In this document: positions 26,933-38,902 of the stretch, one piece after another
How positions within the stretch are numbered: position 1 is the stretch's first letter
Layout of the letters: each line of letters opens with the position of its first letter
NCBI GenBank assembly: GCA_030390025.1
Contig: CM059432.1
Span: 90,460,001 to 90,524,000, forward strand
DNA from: Squalus acanthias
Lineage: Eukaryota
Direction: 5' to 3'
DNA: 64,000 bases
Translations under genes and position numbers: made by a program
Notes under the pieces: generated by a model
The model's database searches: none
What the model saw: only the letters and a program-made list of their open reading frames with translations
What the model was told of the DNA's origin: nothing

Positions 26933-27215
26933 AGTCAGTAGGTTGTGAGTTCAAGCCCCAGTCCAGAATTTGAGCACATATATTAGGTTGACAGTTACGT
27001 GCAGTACTGAGGGACTGCTGAATTGATATAGGTGTTGTACTTTGAAAGAGACGTTAGACTGAGGTCCCATTGGACTTTTCAGGTGAATCTAAAAGATTGC
27101 ATGGCACTATTTTTCAAAGAAGAGCAAAGAGTTCTTGTATGTCTTGGCTAATAATTCTCATTCAAACAACATTACTAAATACAGACTATTCATTTGCTGT
27201 TTGTAGGACCTTGTT
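26933..27215 (+). mobile_element. Degenerate DeuSINE-type SINE
   Basis: GGTTGTGAGTTCAAGCCC B-box and diverged core, collinear with 35284-35755. Confidence 0.65.
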
Positions 27216-27682
27216 TTGCCTATATAACAACAGGTTCTATGGCCCCGACTGGGGTGGGGTTTTGGAGCGGGGATGGGGGGGGAGGAGTTATGGTCGGGAA
27301 ACCCGGAAGTGTGGGTTTTTATGTGTGTGTCTTCCGCATCTCCTCCCCACCCCCGGCCGGTTCCCCGTCTGAAAGCCTGCCTGATTGGCAAGCTTGGCTG
27401 CCTGTCGGGCATGTAAGGCCCAGAAAAGGGTGCAACCGAGGAGCAGGTAGGTTTAGTGATGAGGGGGTGTCTGTGATTGGGGGTGGTCGGGGGAGATCGG
27501 GGATGTGGGTGGGGGGGGGGGGCGTTTACAGGGTAAGCTTGTTGATCCTGCAGGAAACACTCCTGATCCTCCTGGACTACAAGCAGTGCTGTAAAGGTAC
27601 TTACCTTATGGATCCAGCTTTTCTTGCTTCCTTTTACCTGCCGGGTTTCCCATAACCCAGGAAACCCGACCAACCTGAGTAG

Positions 27683-30196
27683 AATATATTATTAAGGACG
27701 TGGTAACAGGGCACTTGGAAAATCACAATATGATTAGGCAGAGTCAACATGGTTTTTATGAAAGCGAAATAATGTTTGACAAATCTTTGAGTTTTTTGAG
27801 GGTGTACTTAACAGTGTAGATAAAGGGGAACCAGTGGATGTAGTATATTTGGATTTTCAGAAGGCATTTGCTAAGGTGCCACACATGAGGTTACACAAAA
27901 TTTGGGCTCATGAGATTTGGGGTAATATATTAGCATGGATTGAGGATTGATTAATGGACGGAAAACAGAGAGTAGGAATAAACAGGGTCATTTTCAAGAT
28001 GGCGGGATGTAACTGGTGTGCCGCCAGGATCAGTGCTTGGGCCTCAGCTATTTATAATCTATATCAATGACTTAGATGAGGGGACCGAGTGTAATGTATC
28101 CTAGTTTACTGATAAGAACATAAGAACATAAGAAATAGGAGCAGGAGTAGACCAATCGGCCCCTTGAGCCTGCTCCGCCATTCAATGAGATCATGGCTGA
28201 TCTGATCCAACCTCAACTCTAAAGAACACAAGAAGTAGGAGCAGGACCAGGCCACTCGGCCCCTGGGCCCGCTCCGCCACCCACAGGGCCTTGACCGATC
28301 CGAACTCAAACTCATGTCCAATTTCCAGCCCGCTCCCCGTAACCCCTAATTCCCTTTACTTCTAGGAAACGGTCTATTTCTGTTTTAAATTTATTTAATG
28401 AAGTAGCTTCCACAGCTTCCTGGGGTAGCAAATTCCACAGACCCACTACCCTCTGAGTGAAAAAGTTTCTCCTCATATCAGTTTTGAAAGAGCAGCCCCT
28501 TATTCTAAGATTATGTCCCCTAGTTCTAGTTTCACCCATCATTGGGAACATTCTCACCGCGTCCACCCGATCAAGCCCCTTCACAATCTTATATGTTTCA
28601 ATAAGATCGCCTCTAATTCTTCTGAACTCCAATGAGTAGAGTCCCAATCTACTCAACCTCTCCTCGTATGTCCACCCCCTCATCCCCGGAATTAACCGAG
28701 TGAACCTTCTTTGTACTGCCTCGAGAGCAAGTATGTCTTTTCTTAAGTATGGACACCAAAACTGTATGCAGTACTCCAGGTGCGGTCTCACCAATAGCCT
28801 ATACAACTGCAGCAATACCTCCCTGTTTTTATATTCTATCCCCCTAGCAATAAAAGCCAACATTCGATTGGCTTTCTTAATCACCTGCTGCACCTGCATA
28901 CTAACTTTTTGTTTTTCTTGCACCAAGACCCCCAGATCCCTTTGTACTGCAGTACTTTCCAGTTTCTCGCCATTAAGATAATAACTTGCTCTCTGATTTT
29001 TCCTGCCAAAGTGCATAACCTCACATTTTCCAATATTGTATTCCATCTGCCAAATCTCTGCCCACTCACCCAGCCTGTCTATATCCCCATGTAGGTTTTT
29101 TATGTCCTCCTCACTCTCTACTTTCCCTCCCATCTTTGTATCATCTGCAAACTTTGATATGTTACACTCGGTCCCCTCCTCCAAATCGTTAATATAGATT
29201 GTAAAGAGTTGGGGACCCAGCACCGACCCCTGTGGAACACCACTGGCTACTGGTTGCCAGTCCGAGAATGAACCATTTATCCCAACTCTCTGCTTCCTGT
29301 TAGATAACCAATCCTCCACCCATGCCAGAATATTACCCCCAATCCAGTGATTTTTTATCTTGAGTAATAATCTTTTATGTGGCACCTTGTCGAATGCCTT
29401 CTGGAAGTCTAAATACACTACATCCACTGGTTCCCCTTTATTCACCCTGTACGTTATGTCCTCAAAGAACTCGAGCAAATTTGTCAGACATGACTTCCCC
29501 TTCATAAAGCCATGCTGACTTTGTCCTATTAAATTATGTTTATCTAAATGTTCCGTTACTGTCTCCTTAATAATAGACTCCAAAATTTTACCCACCACAG
29601 ATGTTAGGCTAACTGGTCTATAATTTCCAGCCTTCTACCTACAACCCTTTTTAAAGCTAGGTGGGAAAGTAAGTTGTGAGGAGGACACAAAGTGGCTGCA
29701 AAGGGATATAGACCAGTTAAGTTGTTGAGCAAGAAGGTGACAGATGGAGTATAATGTGGGGAAATGTGAAATTATCCACTTTGTTAGGAAGAATGGAAAA
29801 CCAGAATATTTTTTAAAAGGTGAGAGACTATTAATCAGAGGGATTTGGGTGTTCTTGTATACGAATCACAGAAAGTTAACATGGAGGTACAGCAAGCAAG
29901 TAGGATGGCAAATGGTATGTAAGCCCTTATTGCAAGGGGGTTGGAGTATAAGAGTAAGGAAGTCTTGCTGCAATTATATAGGACTTTGGTGAGACCACAC
30001 CTGGAGTACTATGTACAGTTTTGGTCTCCTTCCCAATGGAAGGATATACTTGCCCTAGAGGGGGTGCACTGAAGGTTCACTAGATTGATTCCTCTAAGAA
30101 TTATATACATTTCAATGAGATCACCTCTCATTCTTCTAAACTCCAGAGAATATAGGCCCATTCTACTCAATCTCTTCTCATAGGACAGCCCTGGGT
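27683..30196 (+). mobile_element. Old CR1 RT fragment, interrupted by an antisense CR1 and ending in an inverted segment
   Basis: QHGF..LDFQKAF (27745-27870); resumes at 29653 (KLGGKV); 30094-30196 continues on the minus strand. Confidence 0.85.
28112..29652 (-). mobile_element. Young 5'-truncated CR1 with open RT reading frame (28312-29598)
   Basis: 428-aa ORF with [28 protein letters not shown]; (AACATAAG)n tail. Confidence 0.93.
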
Positions 30197-30281
30197 ACCG
30201 ATTCATGTTGTAGTACAGTTCCATAGAAACTAGACACTCTCTGATACCTTGCCCACTTTTTCATGTCTAAGTACAGACAAT

Positions 30282-31047
30282 GGCCCTGAAATTCGCCTCT
30301 CCGGCTTGCCGCGGGGGTAAGGATCGCGCGCGCACTTACCTACCGCGCTTGCCGTTGACCTCTGGGCCCACGGGAACTTCAGCTCCTGGGCCTGCTCCAA
30401 GTGCCGGCGCGCAGTGCTTGCGTGTCCCAGGGGCGCAGTTAGTGCGATGCATCCCCTGGGATCACGTGGGCCATGGAGAGCCAATGGCAGCAGACCATCT
30501 TTCATTCATAGATTTGACAGGAAGACCTGTCAAATCTATGAATTGAAATCGGCCCCAAAAGAACAGCTAAACTTAAAATAAATTTTTTAAAAAACCATCA
30601 CATTTATAAAATAACTATAAGTTAAATAAATTAACTACTTTAAACAAAAATTTAAATTTTTGAAAAAATTAAAATACTTTTTAACAGTGCTAAAAATAAA
30701 CTTACCTTTCTTTAAAGTATCTAAAAAAGATAAACCTGTTGAAATTTTTTTTAAATTATACTTAATTAACCACTTACCTTGTTGAAAACAGGTCCTGCGC
30801 CTCCTTTTTAAAAGCGTAGGTTCTTCAATACTTACCCTCCCGTAGAAACCTGAAAAAAACCCTAAGTTTGCTGCGTGCGCGCAGCCTCTACCGCGCACGC
30901 GGTTCACCTCTGAACCGCTCCCTTCACCAGACCGGAAGTTCCGGTTTCCCGCGCATGTGCAGTGCATGCAGGAAACCGGCAGTTCAGGACGCCTTACGGG
31001 TGAGTACACAGTGCGTACTCACCCGGGAAGGGTCGAATTTTTGGCCC
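30282..31047 (-). mobile_element. Harbinger-type MITE, family B
   Basis: TIR GGCCCTGAAATTCG / CGAATTTTTGGCCC; TSD AAT/AAT; close copy of 52849-53611. Confidence 0.9.
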
Positions 31048-31536
31048 AATACCTTTACAGGTATGGGCTGATCATCCCAATACTTAAATGACCCCATTCC
31101 CACAATTTGGGGCAGGGTGTGCTCTGACATCCATGGTTGGATGGGATTACCATTCTGCTGCACTTACACTAGTGGAGCAGTACCCATGGAACTTTGTATT
31201 TTGAAGCTCTGAAATCTTAGGGGGAAAAATTCAGTATCAACCATTTTGGGGCGTTAACATCACCCGGGCGCAAACTTTAGCGCCTAGCGCCGCGAAATTC
31301 AGTTTGAGCGCTAAATCAAGCGCTACACACTTATCTAAGGGCGCTAACGTCGGGGAGCCGGGCGCTACTGCAGAGCGCTGCTCAAGTTCAGGCGCTGTCA
31401 ATTACAAGTACTCAGACAGACTGGCGCCTTCCAGTTCTTAAAGGGGAGGTTTAATCATGCTGCACAGCCTCACTTTGATCATTGCTGCTTGTGACCTCGG
31501 CCTGCAAGGAGGCGCAATCTATCAACCACAAATCTC

Positions 31537-33400
31537 ATGACTGATCAGAGGCCCGGGAAGAGAGCTCGCCGGTTCGGCGACCAGGCATTGGAGGCTCTGG
31601 TTGCGGCTGTGGGACGCCGGCGGGCAGTGCTGTTCCCAGACACTGGCAGGAGGCCATCGCCGCAGGAGTTCAGAAGGATGTGGAGGGAGGTGGCCTCCAT
31701 GTTAACTTTCTGTGATTCGTGTACAAGGACACGTCTCGGCCAGAAGCGTGGTCCACAGGACTCAAACCCAGTGCTGCAAGAAGTTCAACGACCTCACTTG
31801 GGTGGTCAGGGTGAGTACATGCTTCAAAAACCTCAACATCCCACCATCTTAAACTCACTCTGTGCACAGACGGTATAAACTGCCAAATCCCCCACACTCA
31901 CCCAACAACTATGCCCATCTACTAAAAGTCACATCCACATCTCACGCCTTGCATACATTAACAGCTATTCAACTATGGTAGGCACATCTGCCAAACACAT
32001 GGCTGCACATTCACTTACACGCTGTCCTTTTTCTTCCAGGCCAAGCCTGCTCATAACAGGAGGGAGCAGCAACGCACGTGAGGAGGTCAGGCGGAGCTGC
32101 ACCCCCTCACACAGCTGGAGGTGCGAGTGCGCAGCATCATTGCGGCCGAGGTCGTGTGCGCTGTGGCAGTCTGAGAGGTCCACCCCCTTGGGGACAACAA
32201 CGGTATGCTCATCAGCTCTCCCTCTTCTCTCATACCACTTGCCCCTCACAACACAAGCCCTTCCCACTTTCCATCCAAGTGTACTGTCTCCATTCCTTGC
32301 TCCCTTCCTGCCCCCCCTCCCCTGACGTTAAACCCACTCTTGTGCCTTAATGCTTTCAGATAATCAGCCACCATCTGACCAGCCTGTCCCTCAGCCTCCC
32401 AGTGGTAGCGATGCAGGAGAGGAGGAGGAACACCAAGCCGGAGCCTCACTGCCTGTGTCTCCCGAGGGCGAGACATCCGATAATGGGGCCACGCGGTCGC
32501 TGGAGGGGAGCAGAGGAAATGGCTCTGATGTGGGTGAAGCTCCGGGACCCAGCGGGCTGCAGCAATGCCATCGGGAAAGGGAAGCTCGGGGGCCATCTCC
32601 CCGGAGGATGAGTATGCACACGAGTTCTGCTGCACAGGACTCAGATGAGGACCTCGGTGTCGAGGCCATGACCACACAGGCAATGAGCCTGCATACTGAG
32701 CTCATGGGTGCAATAGCAAGGGTGCCCGAGAGCATGGATGCACTGGTTAGGAGCGTGGAGGAGTCCGCCTGCAGCATTGTTCTCATCTCTGCACAAACCT
32801 TCGAGCCCATCCTTGGCACTTTGCAGAGGATGGCTGACTCTCAGAGACCTCATGCCGTGTGTCATGGGTGAGGTGGCAGCAGCTATTGCAGCACAGGCCG
32901 AGACAACGCAATGGCTTAGAGCTGTAATGTAGTCAGTGGTTGGTGGCATCCAATCTCAGACTGCTTTCATGCAGTTTCAGATTGATGCCACGCAAGCGCT
33001 GACTGCTGCCATCATTGCTGGGTCGCCCACAGTCCACCAGGGACCTCATGGTGCTGCAGCAGGCCAGCAATCTGTGCTCGAGCAGATTGCTCCAGATGCT
33101 GAGGTTCTACTCCGGGGGAGTGGCAGTGTGTCGGTCGAGCAGGAAGGTGCTGTCCTCTCTCAGGATGACAGCATTCCTGCTCCCACCACTGCCACTCCGC
33201 CATTGCACTTGCCGCAGCCTGTAACCCAGCCATCCCAGACTGCTGCCGACCATGCTGAGGTGGTGCAGTCTACAGCCGGGCCTTCCAGGCCTAGAGTTGG
33301 TTGAGGTCGTCCTGCAAGGCCATCTGCAGTCCCTGGCTCCCAGACTCAGCAGCCTTCCACCAGTCTTGCTGCAGCTACTGGGGCCACATTACGGAGGAGC
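31537..33400 (+). pseudogene. Harbinger Myb/SANT-like DNA-binding protein gene (3 exons, disrupted)
   Basis: KRARRFGDQALEALV..LF..WREVA..QCCKKFNDL; GT-AG introns at 31811-32039 and 32203-32359; exon 2 AKPAHNRREQQRT*GG; in-frame stops. Confidence 0.8.
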
Positions 33401-33761
33401 AGTAGGGTTGGGAGGGGGGAATTGCAAAGGGGAGGGAAATAATTGAGGAAGGCCCAGTAAATAAAATGTTAATAGCAAATGGGGGAGTGTGTGTACAAAA
33501 GTTGATGTGTTTGTAAATATATTGTTCAGTTTGGTAAGAAATAGTTCCGTTTGCTAAGAACCAGTTGTGTTTGTTCATAAATTGTTGTGTTTGTTTATTA
33601 TTGGTTGTGTTTGATAAGAGAGAGTTGTGCAGAGTAATAAATGTTTATTTCGACGTAGCAAATTTTGTGATGTTTCTCATTTGAGCTTTGCCCGGTGATA
33701 GGGGCTGCGAGCTGGCTGTAATGATGTGGTTGTTCTGCGCAAATGCCATGTGCTGTCTCAT

Positions 33762-34660
33762 TTATTGGAAGCGCTGTGTAATGAGGCGATCGCAAACGTC
33801 CCTTGCAGAAGCAACATTGATTAGCTCCCTCCTACGTTGGTGCTGCTCCTCCTCTTCCTCCTCCTCCGCCTCGTCCTCCTCCTGTCCCTCTTCATCCTCC
33901 TGAGGTGGACCTGCAATCCCTGGTGGCAATGGCTGGGCCCTCAGAATGGCCAGGTTGTGCAGCATGCAGCACACAACAATGAAAAGGGAGACTCGATCAG
34001 GGGAGTACTGCAGGGCTCCTCCAGAGTGGTCAAGGCAGTGGAACCGTTGCTTTAGCATGCCGATAGTCTGTTCAATCAGGTTCTTGGTGGCGCTATGGCT
34101 CTCATTGTATGCGTGCTGAGCAGGAGTGTTGGGGTTGCGGAGGGGTGTTATCAGCCAGGTTGCAAGTGGATAACCCTTGTCTCCGAGCAGCCAGCCGTGA
34201 GCTTCATGTGGTGGTTGGAACAGTGCTGGGACACCAGTCTGTCACAGGATGAGTGCAACGTGGCTGCTGCCAGGATAGCGGGCATTGACGGCGAGGATGC
34301 GCTGTCTGTGGTTGCACACCAACTGCATGTTCAGAGAGTGGTAGCCTTTGCGATTGCGGAACACCTCTGCGTTGTGATGTGGTGCCCGCAATGCCACGTG
34401 GGTGCAGTCAATGGCGCCCTGAACCATGGGGAAGCCTGCTATCCTTGCAAAGACACATGAGCGTTCATGCTGTTTGTCTTTGGTCATGGGGAATGAGATG
34501 TACTCCCTTCTCCTTCTGTAGAGAGCATCTGTTACCTCCCGGATGCAGCAATAGATGGCGAACTGTGAAATGTTTGCAATATCCCCTGTTGAAGCTTGGA
34601 AGGATCCACTGGCGTAGAAATTGAGAGCAACTGTGACCTTCACTGCCACTGAGAGAGAGG
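33762..34660 (-). pseudogene. Harbinger transposase lacking its N terminus
   Basis: [57 protein letters not shown]. Confidence 0.9.
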
Positions 34661-34799
34661 CCTACCGCTGGCCTTCTGCCTTTGGAAAATTCCTCCCCTA
34701 GCACCCCCCACTCCCCCCAGCGATTAAACAGTCCAGTGCATATTGACTATGATTTACATTACTGAGTATTCCCTTATTATTATTATTTCGCCTACCTCT

Positions 34800-35240
34800 A
34801 GTACGCCGCAGCCAGGAAATGGACCAGCTCTGTTTTGAAGGCATGCTATGAATCAGCCCTCAACGCATGAGCTGGAAACTTGTTCCATAGGTTTTCTGTC
34901 CGCTGGGAAAGAAGAACCTCATGACATCTAATCTAGTTTTGTCCTTGTGTAGCTTATACACATGACCCCTGGTCCTCCTTAGCCTATCTATTAATATGAA
35001 CACTGTCTAGTCCCTTCGTTATTTTAAATACCTCTATCAGCTCTCCTTAGAGTCTATGCATTCTTGGTTGAATAGACTCAGCTTTTTAAGATTAACTTGC
35101 CAACTAAGATGTTTTAAACTGGGTATCATTTTTGTGGCCCTCCTCTGACTCTTATCCAAAGCCTCTATGTCACTCACCATTTGAGGGAACCAAAGCTAGA
35201 CACAGTATTCTAAGTGAGGCCTAACCAAAGTCAAGGACAG
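34800..35240 (-). mobile_element. Degenerate CR1 3' fragment
   Basis: Reverse complement gives VRPHLEYCV..TRGH..FFxQR remnants. Confidence 0.6.
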
Positions 35241-35283
35241 AATGGTGTGTTTTGTTTTGTACTGAATTGTACTCAATTGTATT

Positions 35284-35755
35284 GTGTCAGCTGTGGCTCA
35301 GTGGGTAGCACTCTCGCCTCTGAGTCAGAAAGTTGTAGCTTCACAGTCCCACTCCAGAGACTTGAGCACGAAAATCTACGCTGACACTCCAGTGCAGTGC
35401 TGAGGGAGTGCTGCACTGTCGGAGGTGACGTTTTTCGGATGAGATGCTAAACCGATGCCCCGTCTGCTCTCTCAGGTGGACGCAAAAGATCCCATGGCAC
35501 TATTTCAAAGAAGAGCAGGGGCATTATCCCCAGTGTCCTGGCCAATATTTATCCCTCAAGCAACATAACAAAAACAGATTATCTGGTCATTATCACATTG
35601 TTGTTTGTGGGAGCTTACTGAGTGCAAATTGGCTGCCGCGTTTCCTACATTGCAACAGTGACTCCACTTCAAAAGTACTTCATTGGCTGTGAAGCACTTT
35701 GGGACATCCTGAGGTCGTGAAAGGTGCTATTTAAATGCAAGTCCTTTTTTTCTTT
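35284..35755 (+). mobile_element. tRNA-derived DeuSINE (SacSINE1-like), full length
   Basis: TGGCTCAGTGG A-box; Deu core TTTCGGATGAGA..AAAGATCCCATGGCACT..CCTGGCCAA; tail AAATGCAAGTC(TTTC)n. Confidence 0.88.
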
Positions 35756-35799
35756 TTGTTCATGAATTCTTGCAGATCTCATGATCTTTTCCCGTCGTC

Positions 35800-36130
35800 A
35801 GCGGCTTGACAGGGTTAATGCTGAGAAAATGTTTCCCCTGGCTGGGGAGTCTAGAACACAGGGTCACAGTCTCAGAATAAGGGGTCGGCCATTTAGGACT
35901 GAGATCAGGAGAAATTTCTTCACTCAAAGGGTTGTGAATCTTTGGAATTCTCTACCCCAGAGAGTATATTCAAGACAGAGGTCGATACATTTTTGGGAAT
36001 TAACGGATATGGGAATAGTGCGGGAAGGTGGAGTTGAGGTAGAAGATCAGCCATGATCTTGTTGAATGGCGGAGCAGGCTCGAAGGGCCAAATGGCCTAC
36101 TCCTGCTCCTATTTCTTATGTTCTTATGAT
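35800..36130 (+). mobile_element. CR1 3' end
   Basis: SRTQGHSLRIRG..RRNFFTQRVVNLWNSLP; (TTCTTATG)n tail. Confidence 0.88.
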
Positions 36131-36189
36131 CCCTCCATCAAGAACTTGCTGTTTTGAGGGTAGGCACATAATTATAATATAACTTAAAC

Positions 36190-36585
36190 ATCTACTCCGT
36201 CAACCACCAGCGTACCATGGCGGCAGTGTTTACTGTATATAGGATGTACTGCTGCAATTTGCCAAGGCTTCTTTGATAGCACCTCCCAAACCCGCAAACT
36301 CACCACCTAGAAGGACAAGGACAGCAGGAGCATGGGAACACCATCATCTCAAAGTTCTGTAAGTCACACACCATCCCAACTTGGAAATATATCTCTGTTC
36401 CTTCATTGTCACTGGGTTAAAATCCTGGAACTCCCTACCTAACAGCACTGAGGGAGCACTTTCATCACACGGACTGTAGTAGTTTAAGAAGGCAGCCCAC
36501 TACCACCTTCTCAAATGCAACTAGGGATGGGCAATAAATGCTGGCCTTCCCAACGACACCTATATCCTGAGGATGAATAAAAAGA
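36190..36585 (+). mobile_element. Second-family LINE 3' end
   Basis: GCAACTAGGGATGGGCAATAAATGCTGGCC tail. Confidence 0.8.
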
Positions 36586-38902
36586 ATTACAAGACAAAAA
36601 CTTAAACCTTTCACTAAAAGATTAAACCAAATGCTGCCACAAAATTGAACAAACATTGCAATAACATAACATGAACTGGTAATGTGAATTTAATTTAAAT
36701 TGTATTTTAGGGCCATACAAATTTGGAATGGTCTAGTCTGTGACTGTAAATGTGTTTTTCCTGTATGGTTGGGTGACACCACAAGGTGCATTCATGTAGA
36801 TTATTTTCATAATTGCTTTTTTACAACCCATTATATTTTAGCAAAAAATAAGGCTGAGATTTAGATAGAGTTCAGTACAGAAAACAACCAGTTTGTGACT
36901 TGAAAGAAATATTGTTTTCTCACATAACTGGGGGTTGTCCATTGATAGAGCGCTCTCACTTGACCTAGCATGCATGGAGTAGGTACCTCACCATGGTAAC
37001 CTTGGTCTTAAGACTTTCAAGGCAGTAAATCATTTGAACACTTTCCATGTAATACTTTTATTGGCTGTACAATTGAAATGTCATGCTTCACGAACAGAAA
37101 AGCTAGTAATTTCTTACGGGTGATTAAACTACCTCTATAATGTACGAGCATGGATGGAACGCTAATACTGCTGGTCAAAATAAGGTTCAGTTTTTCTTTG
37201 TAAAATCCTATAGCAGGCATGCTTTCCAGGTTGCTTTGTTTTATATTGCAGTTGCCAATGTTTTGATATATTATATTCATTCAGAAATCTATTACCAGCA
37301 CAGTGTCGTAGCTAGAGAAGTAAAGCATGCCTTGATTTTTTATTTTATTTATAAATACCACTTGGTAGAAGTTAACAGAAAACCCATAACAGCCATTAAC
37401 AGCAATCAAATTATCTTTCATGGCAAAACACTTGGTATTTCTGTTAAGAGAATAGTTGGGAAATATATTACACCCTGTCTGATTTAATGATGAATGTAAT
37501 GTTGCTGAAATTTTTTTTACATTTTGTGTAAAATTAATTTTAAATTTCAGATTGCTAAAAATAAAACCGCTTCTCCTCAATAAGTAATTATTCTGATAAA
37601 AACCCTTATCAGATTTCTCAAAACTCCCAAAATGCACCTGTGATCTGCTGATCTAAAGCACTGCTCAAAATCCACCCCCACCTGACACCCCCTTTCCTTG
37701 CCTCCCACTCTCCTATCGCGTTCCACTGGAGCATCCATTACTTTTCTTTTGTCTCAATTTTACTGTCTCCTACCCCAAGCACCCTAGGTGCTTCTGCCTC
37801 ATACCCGGCCCCTTCTACCCCTTGCTCCTTTCCTGCCCTGCCTTGCCCAGCTTCCTCCACCCTACCTTACCCTGATGCCTCCTGCATGCAGCAGCCCACA
37901 GCCACCATGCAAAACACTCCCACCCTACCATACCACTTCCCACCTGACACAAATAAGGCAAAGAACCTGAACACAAATGAGCCAAAAAACCTAAACAGAG
38001 AAGGAATAAATCAAAATAAAAACAAGAGACAGAAGTAAAAGAGCAGAAGGGGATAGAAGAGAACAGAAAGGGAGAGAGAAAACTAGACAAGAAGTGAGAG
38101 ACAATCAGAAGAGCAGACAAAGAAAGAACTCATAATATACCGATAAGACAAATGCTTCCTCTGACTTTCCATTGGCTCAGTCATAGGAGATACACTAGTG
38201 ATACAAAATTATTAAACAATTGAAAAGACACTGACCCAAACACCGACAACTAAAGAGAGTTGTTTCAGCCCTCAAAACATGCCAATAAATTTGATATTTC
38301 AAAACTAATTTTATTAAGATATCTGTCCTCATTTTCTAATGAAGTAGAAGTTGGAATATGTGTATGTTGGATCAATTTCTTCTGCTGCTTTTATATTATT
38401 GAAGCATTCAGTAATTGAATTGTTTCCTATTTATGCTGAGTCATTTTGTTTGTATTGTGGGTCAGATTTGATGACCGTGGGAAAACAGTATGCAATTTTT
38501 ATGCATATGTAGTTGCTCCAAACTGCTACTGCGTATGTGTAAATCTCACACGCGTAGTTACTGCAAAGTTTGTCAGTATGGATGGAACTTTTCCCGATGT
38601 CTATGGAAAGTCCAAACATTAGTGGAATTGGCTTGCTGGCTTGTACAAGTAGGCTAAGTGGTCAACTTGCCTACAGCTTGAGCCAGGCCCAATACCAAGT
38701 GTCACTGGTGAGAGATGCTTAGCTTTGCCTTTAGCAGTATTTTTTTAAATTTTATTTATTCATGGGATGTGGGCATCGGTGCCTGCCTTTTTATTAAGTT
38801 GTAGCACTGCTGGAAAGCCTAGGATTTGTGTTAAGTGAGGAGAAATAGCAAGTGTATCCTTATTTATTCAGTCGAGCCCATTTCCAGATGTGAAGGGATA
38901 TC

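Larger units (their letters stand above)
31221..34698. mobile_element. Two-gene Harbinger/PIF transposon (Myb/SANT-like gene plus convergent transposase), internally deleted
   Basis: TIR GGGGAAAAATT / AATTCCTCCCC; TSD TAG/TAG; subterminal GGCGCT/AGCGCC repeats. Confidence 0.88.

Noticed and set aside
30828..30837. ATACTTACC, identical to the U1 snRNA 5' end (also 53393)
   Set aside because: No downstream U1 stem-loops or Sm site; better explained as a donor motif on the opposite strand
33762..34660. Possible domesticated HARBI1 / NAIF1-type or TIGD host genes
   Set aside because: All lie within TIR/TSD-bounded elements and carry stops, frameshifts or deletions
35284..35360. tRNA-like sequences at SINE heads (also 39790-39860, 63628-63700)
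   Set aside because: They continue directly into the SINE core, so they are not tRNA genes
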